IMG/VR virus record: IMGVR_UViG_3300030099_006603
Span: 1 to 25,507 of that record
Length of the DNA: 25,507 bases
From: a virus
Lineage: Duplodnaviria > Caudoviricetes
Strand: one strand, 5' to 3'
The position numbers and the translations under genes were made by a program. A model generated the notes under the pieces. It had not been told where the DNA came from. It ran no database searches and worked only from the letters and a program-made list of their open reading frames with translations. Below, piece after piece: positions 1 through 8,702 of this stretch (its first letter is position 1; each line of letters begins with the position of its first letter).

Positions 1-394
1 CACTATCTTTTTCTTTATTATCTTCTACATCATTTATGTCGAAAACCTCAATTTCTGGCTCATCATAATAACTAGTAGTTTTATTAAATTTACGTTGTTT
101 TCTAAGTATTTTTCTTTCTTTTATTTTAGCAAAGATTGCAAATACCCCTACCGCCATTCTCTTAAAAAAATTATTAAATCTTTTTTTAATATCATCTACT
201 TTACTAGGAACAAAAAATGTTAAAAATATTTGCCCAATTAATACTACTATTACTAATGGCACTGCAACTAATAATGCAATAAAAGTTACTACCTTTAAGA
301 AAAAGTGTCCGTTATAAATTTCACCACCAGGCATTTCTACCGACATTGCTTTGTCGATACTTGATTGATTCTGTTTACATGTACTACATCCCAT
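1..394 (-). CDS. Hypothetical membrane protein with N-terminal CxxC (partial, runs off the left edge; absent from the ORF track)
   Basis: Hand translation from ATG 394: MGCSTCKQNQSSIDKAMSVEMPGGEIYNGHFFLKVVTFIALLVAVPLVIVVLIGQIFLTFFVPSKVDDIKKRFNNFFKRMAVGVFAIFAKIKERKILRKQRKFNKTTSYYDEPEIEVFDINDVEDNKEKDS. No stop in 131 codons, one long hydrophobic segment, and a promoter-like element upstream. Confidence 0.85.
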   Translation of the reverse strand, partial: MGCSTCKQNQSSIDKAMSVEMPGGEIYNGHFFLKVVTFIALLVAVPLVIVVLIGQIFLTFFVPSKVDDIKKRFNNFFKRMAVGVFAIFAKIKERKILRKQRKFNKTTSYYDEPEIEVFDINDVEDNKEKDS

Positions 395-411
395 AATTTC
401 TATTTTTTAGT

Positions 412-442
412 TAAAACTAATATCAACTTAATAAAAAGTAAT
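412..442 (-). promoter_or_regulatory. Putative host-RNAP (early/middle) promoter ATTACT-N17-TAGTTTTA
   Basis: Same 17-nt spacing and TAnnTTT(A/G) box as the promoters at 9621-9651 and 9675-9706. Lies 17 nt upstream of ATG 394. Confidence 0.5.
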
Positions 443-450
443 TATTATTA

Positions 451-2295
451 CTAAGCAATTTGCACTTCAATATCCTGAGATGGGAATTTAATTTCAAACA
501 TTGAGTTTGGTTGTCCAAATAAAGTATAATCACTAACATTTAAATCAACCATAAAAATTCCATCGTTGGTATTATTAACCGCCAATGCTTGAGTTATTGA
601 GTTTAATGAATATTCTCCACCTACTTTATTAAAAACTTGTAAATCAGTAACGTTAAAAACTCCCGGTACATTATTTATGTCTTCTACCAATTGAGATAAA
701 TAAACATTTTCGCCCATATCCCAATTATTAATATCAAAATAATCACTAATTGCCCCTACTACTCCCGCAATAACTTTAGCGGATGGAGTAACCTTATCTT
801 TAAAGATTTTAACGTTAAATCCTAAGTTTATAATTCTTCCGTCTATAACATTTATAAAATCATTTATCATTCTATAATCTGTTAGATACTCTGCAATATT
901 TTGTTTTAGTGTTGATGTTGACGTATTATTTAGTTTTGCATCTTCATCTAACCCCAATACACTAACATTTATCTTATTTCTTTCTTCCCAAACACCTGTT
1001 CTAAAAGGAATCCCAAACTCACCAGGCATTAATGCTATACGTGAATAATAATCTTTTAGTGTCACACATCTATTTTGAGAAGAAAAATTATATCTAACTA
1101 AGTTTCTTATTTCATTTATACTAGGTTGACTTTTACCACCTAATGCAGGCAAAGGATTATTAGTAGTTAAACTATTAATTGTGTTTTGATTTGTCCAACC
1201 ATCTGCCCTTGTTTTACCATTAACTAATATGTCAGTTTTACCAACACTAGTTAAAACTCCCGGACCAATGTTACTATCTTCACCACCACCACATCTATAT
1301 TTAACAAACATAGTAGTGTTGGGTTTAGGTATTGAACCTAATGAAAGATTGTTAACAAAATTACCTATTTGATCTATTTGTCCTCTACAACCAATAAAAT
1401 CGTTAAGTTGATTTGTATTGACAACACCTGAACCAAATATAATTTTACAAAATCCTTTATCTGTAAATTCTCTTACAAACCTTTGTGGTATATTTTTCCA
1501 TTTACCACCAACTATTGAATCGTTGTCTGTGGCAACGTTTGGATCTTCCATAAATATTTCTGGTTGTGCTAACGCACTAACTTCATACCAATTGTTTTCA
1601 AATAATCCCCATTCTGTATTATTAGGTGCTTCTACAAAATTATTTCCCGGTAATGTTATGATATTTTCTACAGATAAAACATTATTTTCTGGTAAAACAA
1701 CTTCTAAAAAAGGTTTAGAGTCGTTTGAATTTATAACCTTTTTAAATATTTTTGTGTAACCATTTACCATTAACTCTCTTTTAGTAAGTACATAATGAGT
1801 TAAAGTTTCTCCTACGTATTTAGGCTCAATAGTTCTATTTGGGATTCCACCAAAAGAAAAAGGTGACGCAAAATCACAATCTTCTATTAATTCAAATATT
1901 TTACCAGATCCCACTGCCTGTGAACCTTTATACAGTTTAGGTGCATATGAGATATCAAAACCATCAGGATCTACCGGTACTTCAACTTTCCAATCTACTA
2001 TAGTAATACTAGGTCGATTACCAGGTATATTTAACCCAAACGTCCTAGCTAACTCCAATAAAGATGCTCTTTCTTGAGCGTAATTTATTTGAGTTTCATT
2101 AAATGCTCTATCGGTATTAAACGATAACATATCACCAACCGCAGCATTAAGTTCTAATAACATCATACCTACAGACGCATCATTAAAATCCGAAAACACA
2201 TCAGGATAATACTCTCTCACAAAATTTATCAACTCCGTTCTAACTTGATCGAAGTTTCTAGCGTTATAATTTATCTTTTTTTCTGAATTTGCCAT
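451..2295 (-). CDS. gp6: Baseplate wedge subunit, T4 gp6 / baseplate J-like
   Basis: N-terminal NYNARNFDQVRTELINF...FSDFNDASVGMMLLELNAAVGDMLSF...AQERASLLELARTFG and C-terminal GGKSQPSINEIR...QNRCVTLKDY are typical of gp6/gpJ. Directly downstream of the gp25-like gene. Confidence 0.88.
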   Translation of the reverse strand: MANSEKKINYNARNFDQVRTELINFVREYYPDVFSDFNDASVGMMLLELNAAVGDMLSFNTDRAFNETQINYAQERASLLELARTFGLNIPGNRPSITIVDWKVEVPVDPDGFDISYAPKLYKGSQAVGSGKIFELIEDCDFASPFSFGGIPNRTIEPKYVGETLTHYVLTKRELMVNGYTKIFKKVINSNDSKPFLEVVLPENNVLSVENIITLPGNNFVEAPNNTEWGLFENNWYEVSALAQPEIFMEDPNVATDNDSIVGGKWKNIPQRFVREFTDKGFCKIIFGSGVVNTNQLNDFIGCRGQIDQIGNFVNNLSLGSIPKPNTTMFVKYRCGGGEDSNIGPGVLTSVGKTDILVNGKTRADGWTNQNTINSLTTNNPLPALGGKSQPSINEIRNLVRYNFSSQNRCVTLKDYYSRIALMPGEFGIPFRTGVWEERNKINVSVLGLDEDAKLNNTSTSTLKQNIAEYLTDYRMINDFINVIDGRIINLGFNVKIFKDKVTPSAKVIAGVVGAISDYFDINNWDMGENVYLSQLVEDINNVPGVFNVTDLQVFNKVGGEYSLNSITQALAVNNTNDGIFMVDLNVSDYTLFGQPNSMFEIKFPSQDIEVQIA

Positions 2296-2299
2296 TTTA

Positions 2300-2683
2300 T
2301 TATAATATTAATTCTATAGTATCAGTAGAAACAAATGTTGAGTCTGTAACTGTATACGTTAATTCTGCAATAATCAATTCCTCTAAATCACTTTTTTTCA
2401 TTTTAATTGAATTAATTACTAAATTCGGTATATACCTTTTTATTGTTTGATTTAAATTTTCCTTTATTTGATCATGTGTTACGTTGTCATTAGGTTCAAA
2501 AATATACTTTTTTAAATCACTACCAAAATCAGGCATATATAGTCTCTCACCTTTATTAGTTAATAACAAATGAAGTAAATCTGACTTAATTGCTGCCTTA
2601 TCTTCTGCATTAAGTTTGAAGTAAAATCCTTGTTCACTATCTTGAAAAGGGAAATCTATATTTATATATTGTCTTTTTGCCAT
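2300..2683 (-). CDS. gp25: Baseplate wedge / sheath initiator, gp25 (GPW_gp25) family
   Basis: Signature AIKSDLLHLLLTNKGERLYMPDFGSDLKKYIFEP...IKRYIP; 127 aa. Confidence 0.92.
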   Translation of the reverse strand: MAKRQYINIDFPFQDSEQGFYFKLNAEDKAAIKSDLLHLLLTNKGERLYMPDFGSDLKKYIFEPNDNVTHDQIKENLNQTIKRYIPNLVINSIKMKKSDLEELIIAELTYTVTDSTFVSTDTIELIL

Positions 2684-2697
2684 TTATATATAAATAT
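2683..2697 (-). promoter_or_regulatory. Putative late promoter motif ATATTTATATATAAA, overlapping the A of the gp25 ATG
   Basis: Identical 15-mer at 21566-21580 and 24577-24591. Sits just downstream of the nrdJ terminator. Confidence 0.7.
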
Positions 2698-2731
2698 TGT
2701 ACAATAAATTTTTTAAAAGAAAAGTCTATAT

Positions 2732-2759
2732 AAAAAAAAAGGTGTCAAAAAGACACCTT
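2732..2759 (-). terminator. Intrinsic terminator after nrdJ
   Basis: Minus strand AAGGTGTC-TTTTT-GACACCTT hairpin running into a 9-T tract, about 23 nt after the nrdJ stop. Confidence 0.88.
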
Positions 2760-2782
2760 AATTAATTATATGTTATTTGGTT

Positions 2783-4642
2783 TTACGTAATTTCACATGC
2801 CCCACCAGCACAAGCTAATTCACCACTTAGATTAGTTTCATCGTTTTCCTCTATTACGTTAGACAAATCTATCTCATTAAGTGTTTTCATCATTCTTTCA
2901 TAATCTTCTTTAGTACAGTCCTCAAAAGGTGCTTGTACGTATGTACCACCGTTATATGGTAAAACAGATAATCCGTTATAATAATCTCTATTTTCCCACA
3001 TCCATTCACCTGCTAATTCCCAATCTTCTTCTTTTAAAGAAATAGTTGCGGATACATTATGTGTATTAGAACCACTGTTATGTCCATTTTTAACCCATTC
3101 AGTCGCCACTTTTTTAACTCTCTCTAATAAATCAAAAGGAGATTCATTTCTTAAAATTGAACCTTTAGGTGCTTTTTGTGGTATAGAAATAACTGCAGTG
3201 TCATGACCTCTAAAATAATCATCTTCAACCAACTCAGGATGATTATCACTTAAATATTTATACATTGACTCATTTTTACCTACTCTTATCCTTCTTATAT
3301 AATAGTCATTATGCCACGCATGAATACCTGAACTAGTACCTAATGTAAGTGATGTTGTACCTGCAGGTTTAACTGTTGTAGTTCTAGCAGATTTATTAAT
3401 ACCTATTATTTTAGCAACTCTTCTATTTTCTTTTTTAACTAATTTTGCCGCTTCTTCCATATCATACCCCAAAACTCTACCAGATCCAATACCAGTCATT
3501 GACACACCTATTAATGCTTCTTTTTCTGTTGTTTCTCTCCAAATATCTCTTAGGTAATGAAAATGTGTATATCCCGCTTGTAATGTACCAATAAACGCAG
3601 CCGCCTTAACTCTTTCATTTAAATCCTCTTGCGATTCAATGTTAGAGACATTAACCTCACAAAGGTTACAGAATTGATACGGTCTTAATGCTATTTCACA
3701 ACATGGATTAGTACCCCAATCTTTGTCGTTATTGAAGTATATACCTGGCTCACCAGAACCACTTAACTCAACTCTTTTCCATAAATCTAAGAAAAATTCT
3801 TTAGTAATTTTATGTCTCATTAAACACGCTGAATTATTGGATCTACCTCTTTGAGGGTTAGTTTCCCACCAATTGCCTGATTTACAAGCAATCATTTCTT
3901 GATCACCTGCAGAAAATAAAGAAATAAGTGCTGCCCTACGAATACCGCCCGCTAAAACTGCGTCCGCAATATGACATACAATATCATGAACTTCTAATGT
4001 AGTTAATTGTTCACCATCTTCTTTTTCACTTAATATACCAGTTATTTTTACAATACATTCTTTTAGTGGTTGAGGACCTGGTGCTTTACCACCAGATGTT
4101 ACTAATCTAGCACCTTTAGCTCTAATATCCGAAAAATCAAATTCTATTCGCGAACTTTTACCATTAAGGTAAGATTTCATTAACACTTTAATCGCATCTG
4201 CCCAACCTTCAATTGAATCACTGATTAAATATCTTTTTGTTCTTTTTAAATACGGTTTGTTAACTGGAGGTAATTTTTCAACATGATGTTTTTGTACAGA
4301 GTATCCCACACCTGTTCCACCTAATAAAAGAAACATACACTCACTAAATGAATCTATATGATCGATTGGCATATATGCACAATTATAAATTCTGTTTGGT
4401 GATATTTCTATTGGTTTACCCCCAAACTGCATTGACCTCATAGAAGGTAATACTTTTTTATCATAAACAAACTTATATGCTTCATCTATTTTATCCGCAA
4501 TAAAAGGGTATTTTTTCTGATGCATTTCTTTGTTTCTTGTAACTAATTCTCCCCATGTTTCTCTTCTGTTTAATTCTGGTAGATATTTAGCATATTTCAT
4601 ATAAACTGTAATATCTGACAAAATTTTGTTTGATAACTCCAT
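2783..4642 (-). CDS. nrdJ: Class II (adenosylcobalamin-dependent) ribonucleotide reductase, monomeric RTPR-like
   Basis: Motifs YNCAY, GTGVG, GGIRRAALI, TNPCCEI (radical Cys), FCNLCEVN, TTVKPAGT and C-terminal redox pair ACAGGACEI. No adjacent beta-subunit gene. Confidence 0.9.
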   Translation of the reverse strand: MELSNKILSDITVYMKYAKYLPELNRRETWGELVTRNKEMHQKKYPFIADKIDEAYKFVYDKKVLPSMRSMQFGGKPIEISPNRIYNCAYMPIDHIDSFSECMFLLLGGTGVGYSVQKHHVEKLPPVNKPYLKRTKRYLISDSIEGWADAIKVLMKSYLNGKSSRIEFDFSDIRAKGARLVTSGGKAPGPQPLKECIVKITGILSEKEDGEQLTTLEVHDIVCHIADAVLAGGIRRAALISLFSAGDQEMIACKSGNWWETNPQRGRSNNSACLMRHKITKEFFLDLWKRVELSGSGEPGIYFNNDKDWGTNPCCEIALRPYQFCNLCEVNVSNIESQEDLNERVKAAAFIGTLQAGYTHFHYLRDIWRETTEKEALIGVSMTGIGSGRVLGYDMEEAAKLVKKENRRVAKIIGINKSARTTTVKPAGTTSLTLGTSSGIHAWHNDYYIRRIRVGKNESMYKYLSDNHPELVEDDYFRGHDTAVISIPQKAPKGSILRNESPFDLLERVKKVATEWVKNGHNSGSNTHNVSATISLKEEDWELAGEWMWENRDYYNGLSVLPYNGGTYVQAPFEDCTKEDYERMMKTLNEIDLSNVIEENDETNLSGELACAGGACEIT

Positions 4643-4673
4643 TTTTTTAACTTTTTTTTATTTATTATTATTA

Positions 4674-6062
4674 TTATTTACCCCCTACAATCCCTCTTTT
4701 TTTATTTAACGCTTCTGTAACTAATTGGGATTTTTTTCTTTCTTCTCCTTTTTCAAAGTCTAAGAATGAAACATCTGTTGACATTGTAGTATCTATTTTA
4801 AGTGAACCATTATCAAATAAAATATCTTCGAATATTATACCGTCTTTACCAAATCTAGATTTTAATATTGCCAATGTTGCAGTGCCTTCTTCTTTTTGTT
4901 CTAAAGTTTTAGCTACTGATAAAATAAAATGCCCTATTTGTCCTTTCTTTATAGAACCACCTATCATATCCGCCTCTACCACATTTGCCCCAATAGAACT
5001 ACGATTACCTTGAACTGCAGTCCAACCAGCAATGTCTAATTCAGATATCATAGTTTCAAATTGTCTCATAACATTACCTTCACCAGCATATTCGTCCTTA
5101 AATTGTTTAGTTGGGACAACACAATCAATATAGTCTACAAATACTATATCAGGTTTAGTACCATTAGATGTTAATTTTCTAAGATACTGTTTGATGTGGT
5201 TAATAGTTGTACCATCACTAGCCATTTTTTTAAGTATTAAATTACCTTGTTTTTCTTTAAATTGTGGTAATAATCTTTTAACTTCTTCTCTTTTTTCTGT
5301 TAAATTATTCAATGGTATTTCAGTCCAACAAGTGATATGTTTCCTTTGAATTACTTTAGGGTTATCTTCAAAGAATATTTGTACTACATTATAACCTAAA
5401 TTATACGCAGTGTTAGCCATTTTAGTTACTAAAGTAGTTTTACCAACACCAAAGGGTGCTAAAATAACACCTAACTCACCCTTAGATAAACCACCATCCA
5501 TCAAATTATCAATACCTATTAAACCGGTAGGTATTGGATCTCTAAAATCATCATCTAAAACATCATCAATAGCGTGAAAAACATCTATTCCGTTATCTTT
5601 TTCACCACCAACTGATAATGCTTCTTTTAGTATATCCTCACATTCGTCATACCTATCAAAATCTCCTGAATCTAATATGTTTTGAATTTTAGTAGTCGCT
5701 TTCTTTAACTCTTGTTGTTTACAAAACTTAATAGATACTTCTTGTGTATGTAAACAATCTTTATTATCACTGTTTCTTACTTCTTTAACCATTTCAATTG
5801 CGGATTCCCTCGCAATATCTCTTTTAATATCTACCCTTATTAGTTCAAATAAAGTTTCATATGTTGGTATAGTTTCGTACTTATCATAATAATCTTTTAA
5901 ACAAGCAATTAAAAGTCTAAGATATTCATTATCGAAATATTTTGGTTCGATAATATCCATAATTTCTTCAGAAAACTTAGTATCTTCTATTAACTGTTTG
6001 ACTAATCTTATTTGGAAACTCCACCCTAAATAACCTAAATCACTACTTTTTTCTTTAGCCAT
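4674..6062 (-). CDS. dnaB: Replicative DNA helicase, DnaB/T4 gp41 (SF4) family
   Basis: IPTGLIGIDNLMDGGLSKGELGVILAPFGVGKT (Walker A), IVFVDYID (Walker B), TAVQGNR, ILKSRFG (Arg finger). Confidence 0.92.
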   Translation of the reverse strand: MAKEKSSDLGYLGWSFQIRLVKQLIEDTKFSEEIMDIIEPKYFDNEYLRLLIACLKDYYDKYETIPTYETLFELIRVDIKRDIARESAIEMVKEVRNSDNKDCLHTQEVSIKFCKQQELKKATTKIQNILDSGDFDRYDECEDILKEALSVGGEKDNGIDVFHAIDDVLDDDFRDPIPTGLIGIDNLMDGGLSKGELGVILAPFGVGKTTLVTKMANTAYNLGYNVVQIFFEDNPKVIQRKHITCWTEIPLNNLTEKREEVKRLLPQFKEKQGNLILKKMASDGTTINHIKQYLRKLTSNGTKPDIVFVDYIDCVVPTKQFKDEYAGEGNVMRQFETMISELDIAGWTAVQGNRSSIGANVVEADMIGGSIKKGQIGHFILSVAKTLEQKEEGTATLAILKSRFGKDGIIFEDILFDNGSLKIDTTMSTDVSFLDFEKGEERKKSQLVTEALNKKRGIVGGK

Positions 6063-6079
6063 ATTTTTTTTAAATTTGG

Positions 6080-6094
6080 TTTATAAATAAATAT
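6080..6094 (-). promoter_or_regulatory. Late-type motif variant ATATTTATTTATAAA upstream of the helicase
   Basis: One mismatch to the 15-mer found before structural genes; 17 nt before ATG 6062. Confidence 0.55.
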
Positions 6095-6097
6095 CTA

Positions 6098-6559
6098 TTA
6101 AAGCTCGTAACCACAATATTCATGTGTATATTTTTTCATAGTCAACCCATTTTGTATTGTAGAGATGATTTCAGAAATAATTGACCTAATATCTACATCG
6201 TATCTCACTTTTGGGGGGTATACATTTCCACTAAACATCTTCTCTGCAACTACCCTACCTTTTACTTTAATTTGTAGTGTAAAAATATCTTCATTTTCAT
6301 ACATATCTTTTTTACCACTATCTTCATCACTTATAATTTGTGGTTGATATGGATTATAATATCTCCATAAATAAGTTCTACTTTTTAATAAAAATTGTCT
6401 TTGTATAATTTCTACTACTTCATCTATAGTATCCTTCATCTCAACAGATCTTAAACTTTTAGGGTTATATCCTTTTATTTGAAAGTTTCTACCAACAATT
6501 GGTTTACCATTAATACGTAAAAGAAATTCGTATGGTAAATTTTCATAGTTTTTTTTCAT
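6098..6559 (-). CDS. Hypothetical protein (153 aa) in the replication block
   Basis: Tightly packed ORF between the exonuclease and the helicase with normal composition. No motif recognised. Confidence 0.8.
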   Translation of the reverse strand: MKKNYENLPYEFLLRINGKPIVGRNFQIKGYNPKSLRSVEMKDTIDEVVEIIQRQFLLKSRTYLWRYYNPYQPQIISDEDSGKKDMYENEDIFTLQIKVKGRVVAEKMFSGNVYPPKVRYDVDIRSIISEIISTIQNGLTMKKYTHEYCGYEL

Positions 6560-6564
6560 AATAA

Positions 6565-7608
6565 TTAATTTTGCTCTTTTAAAAAATTGTTCTTCTCTTT
6601 TTTTATTATTCTTAAAAATGGTTGTAAAAAATTTATATAACCATCTCTACCCCCAGGTATAGCCATTGTTAAACCATCATCTAACATCATTTTAATAACG
6701 TTTTTTGTTGTTCTATCTTCCGGATCGATAGTACTATTAAATAAATGGTTTAATTCTTCTTTTGATTTATCGGTTAACAATGGTTTTTTTAAGTCAATTA
6801 ATTTATCATTAACTTCAAAAATATTCTCTCCTTGTAAACCTACAGTCACTTTATTAATAATGTTATCTAATGTTTTCAATCTATTTTTTCTTTCTTTTTG
6901 TATAACTTCAATTTTACTTAAAATATCTGTTAATGTCAAAGATTTTTGTGTTATTTCAGGAAAATGTTTTATTAAAGTTTTTTCACTAACACCTTTAATA
7001 CCTTTTATGTTATCACTGTTGTCACCCGATAAAATTTTTATTAATTTTACATTACTGTAATGATGATTAAAATAATCAGAAAAATTATTAATAGTTATAA
7101 TTTTACGTAGATTTATTACATATATACCTACCCTTTCATCTAATAGTTGTAACATATCTCTATCGTTAGTTACAATAACTATTTTTTCGTTTTCTTTTAT
7201 TTTTTGACAATAATAGGCTATCCCATCATCCGCTTCTATAATAGTATCTTGATATTGTCTAATGAATAACTCTTCACAGTATTGAAATACTCTCTCTTTT
7301 TGAATATATAATTCTGGTTCTGAAGGTGGAGTTTCATTATAAAAATCTTTGTCTCTATTGGACTTATAATCTTTATATATGTCATACCTCAACCTACCAC
7401 TAAATTTTCCGTCCCAAAAAACTAAAACCCTATCATAACGATGTTCATTTAAACATTTTCTTAACATAGTAAGAAACTGAAAAATACCGCCTATATGGTT
7501 TTCTTTATAATAAAGATTTTTAGCACCATGATAGGCAGTTTTTAATAATGAATCACCATCAATTAATAGGGTGTTACTATATTTTTTTCTCTTAGTTGGG
7601 ATTGACAC
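6565..7608 (-). CDS. rnh: 5'-3' exonuclease / flap endonuclease (T4 RNase H / PolI 5' nuclease family)
   Basis: LLIDGDS, VFWDG, RYDIYKDYKSNR, EADDGIA, TNDRDMLQL and H3TH motif GDNSDNIKGIKGVSEKT. GTG start. Confidence 0.93.
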   Translation of the reverse strand: MSIPTKRKKYSNTLLIDGDSLLKTAYHGAKNLYYKENHIGGIFQFLTMLRKCLNEHRYDRVLVFWDGKFSGRLRYDIYKDYKSNRDKDFYNETPPSEPELYIQKERVFQYCEELFIRQYQDTIIEADDGIAYYCQKIKENEKIVIVTNDRDMLQLLDERVGIYVINLRKIITINNFSDYFNHHYSNVKLIKILSGDNSDNIKGIKGVSEKTLIKHFPEITQKSLTLTDILSKIEVIQKERKNRLKTLDNIINKVTVGLQGENIFEVNDKLIDLKKPLLTDKSKEELNHLFNSTIDPEDRTTKNVIKMMLDDGLTMAIPGGRDGYINFLQPFLRIIKKEKNNFLKEQN

Positions 7609-7639
7609 TTACCATATCGATTATAAGTTAAACACTAAA

Positions 7640-8692
7640 TTATTGATCTGCATATTCGACAGGTGCCTCAATATGATCACCCTCTTCAATAGTAAAATCA
7701 ACTTCTTCCCCTACACTATCAAATACTGTAGACCAATACTCTTTATAATCAGATTTATAATTATCTATAGATTTTTTCTCATCTTCGATAAATCCATGAG
7801 TTGTTGCCAGTATTCTACAATCCGCATAACCTAAACCGTTCATATGATTTTTATGTATACCTACTTTTGTTCTAATAGCGAAATTTACTTTTCTACCTTT
7901 ATTTGTCGCATTCAATTTAGAAACTCCCGCACTTTTTTGATTACCGAATAGGAATACTAATGCACACGATAAATAAATTGACTGTCCTCCTTTAGGTTGA
8001 ATTCTAGGTTGACTAAATGGATTATCAGGTAGCTCAACCCATGGTTGATTAACGAATACCATAGAGTTTGTATATGGGCTACTCTCTTTTCTAGAAGAAG
8101 TAATTCTTTGCGCCATACCCATCCCCCATTTTTCTGATATTACTCTAGCAGTATGTTGATTACCACCTTTACCATCGAAACTCATTTTACATGGAATCGT
8201 TCCAATTGAGTCCCATAGAAAAACAATATCGTGTGGTATTTCACCATTCTTTTGTCCATCTAATACTTCTGTAACATAATCAAAAGCCTGTTCTATATAT
8301 TCAAAACCTAATTTATATAATAAAAAACCATCCCAATACGCTTCGATTTCTCCTGTTTCTTCATCTACTTCTTCAATATACTCAGTCTGTAAACCCATTT
8401 GTTTAGCGTGTTCAAAACTAAATTTTTGTTCGGTAATAATAAAGACAGGTAGTATTCCTTTCTTTTGAGCATCTACCGCAGTTTGTATTAATGCGGTAGT
8501 CTTGCCCGTATCTGAATGACCCAATAACATATTAATTTGTCCTTGTGCGGGTCCTGGTACACCAGTGGCTTCTTGAAACGCTTTCCCACAATCAAAATAC
8601 TTTTGTTCTTTGTATTTCTCTTTAGAGGAAAACTTTTTTCTTATACTAGAAAAATCACTGGTTTTTTTCTTAATTGGTTTTTTTGCCATCAT
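7640..8692 (-). CDS. uvsX: RecA/UvsX-like recombinase
   Basis: Walker A GHSDTGKT, FIITEQK, Walker B IVFLWDSIG, VFVNQ, PKGGQSIY. Adjacent to the SSB gene. Confidence 0.88.
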   Translation of the reverse strand: MMAKKPIKKKTSDFSSIRKKFSSKEKYKEQKYFDCGKAFQEATGVPGPAQGQINMLLGHSDTGKTTALIQTAVDAQKKGILPVFIITEQKFSFEHAKQMGLQTEYIEEVDEETGEIEAYWDGFLLYKLGFEYIEQAFDYVTEVLDGQKNGEIPHDIVFLWDSIGTIPCKMSFDGKGGNQHTARVISEKWGMGMAQRITSSRKESSPYTNSMVFVNQPWVELPDNPFSQPRIQPKGGQSIYLSCALVFLFGNQKSAGVSKLNATNKGRKVNFAIRTKVGIHKNHMNGLGYADCRILATTHGFIEDEKKSIDNYKSDYKEYWSTVFDSVGEEVDFTIEEGDHIEAPVEYADQ

Positions 8693-8702
8693 AATTTTTT
8701 AA

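Noticed and set aside
4662-4676. Five tandem TAA codons after the helicase
   Set aside because: Explicable as an (AAT)n microsatellite in AT-rich spacer DNA; no evidence of function.
2783-8692. Inteins or group I introns in nrdJ, helicase or recombinase
   Set aside because: Protein lengths are normal, motifs are contiguous, and no intein splice-junction or homing-endonuclease signatures were seen.
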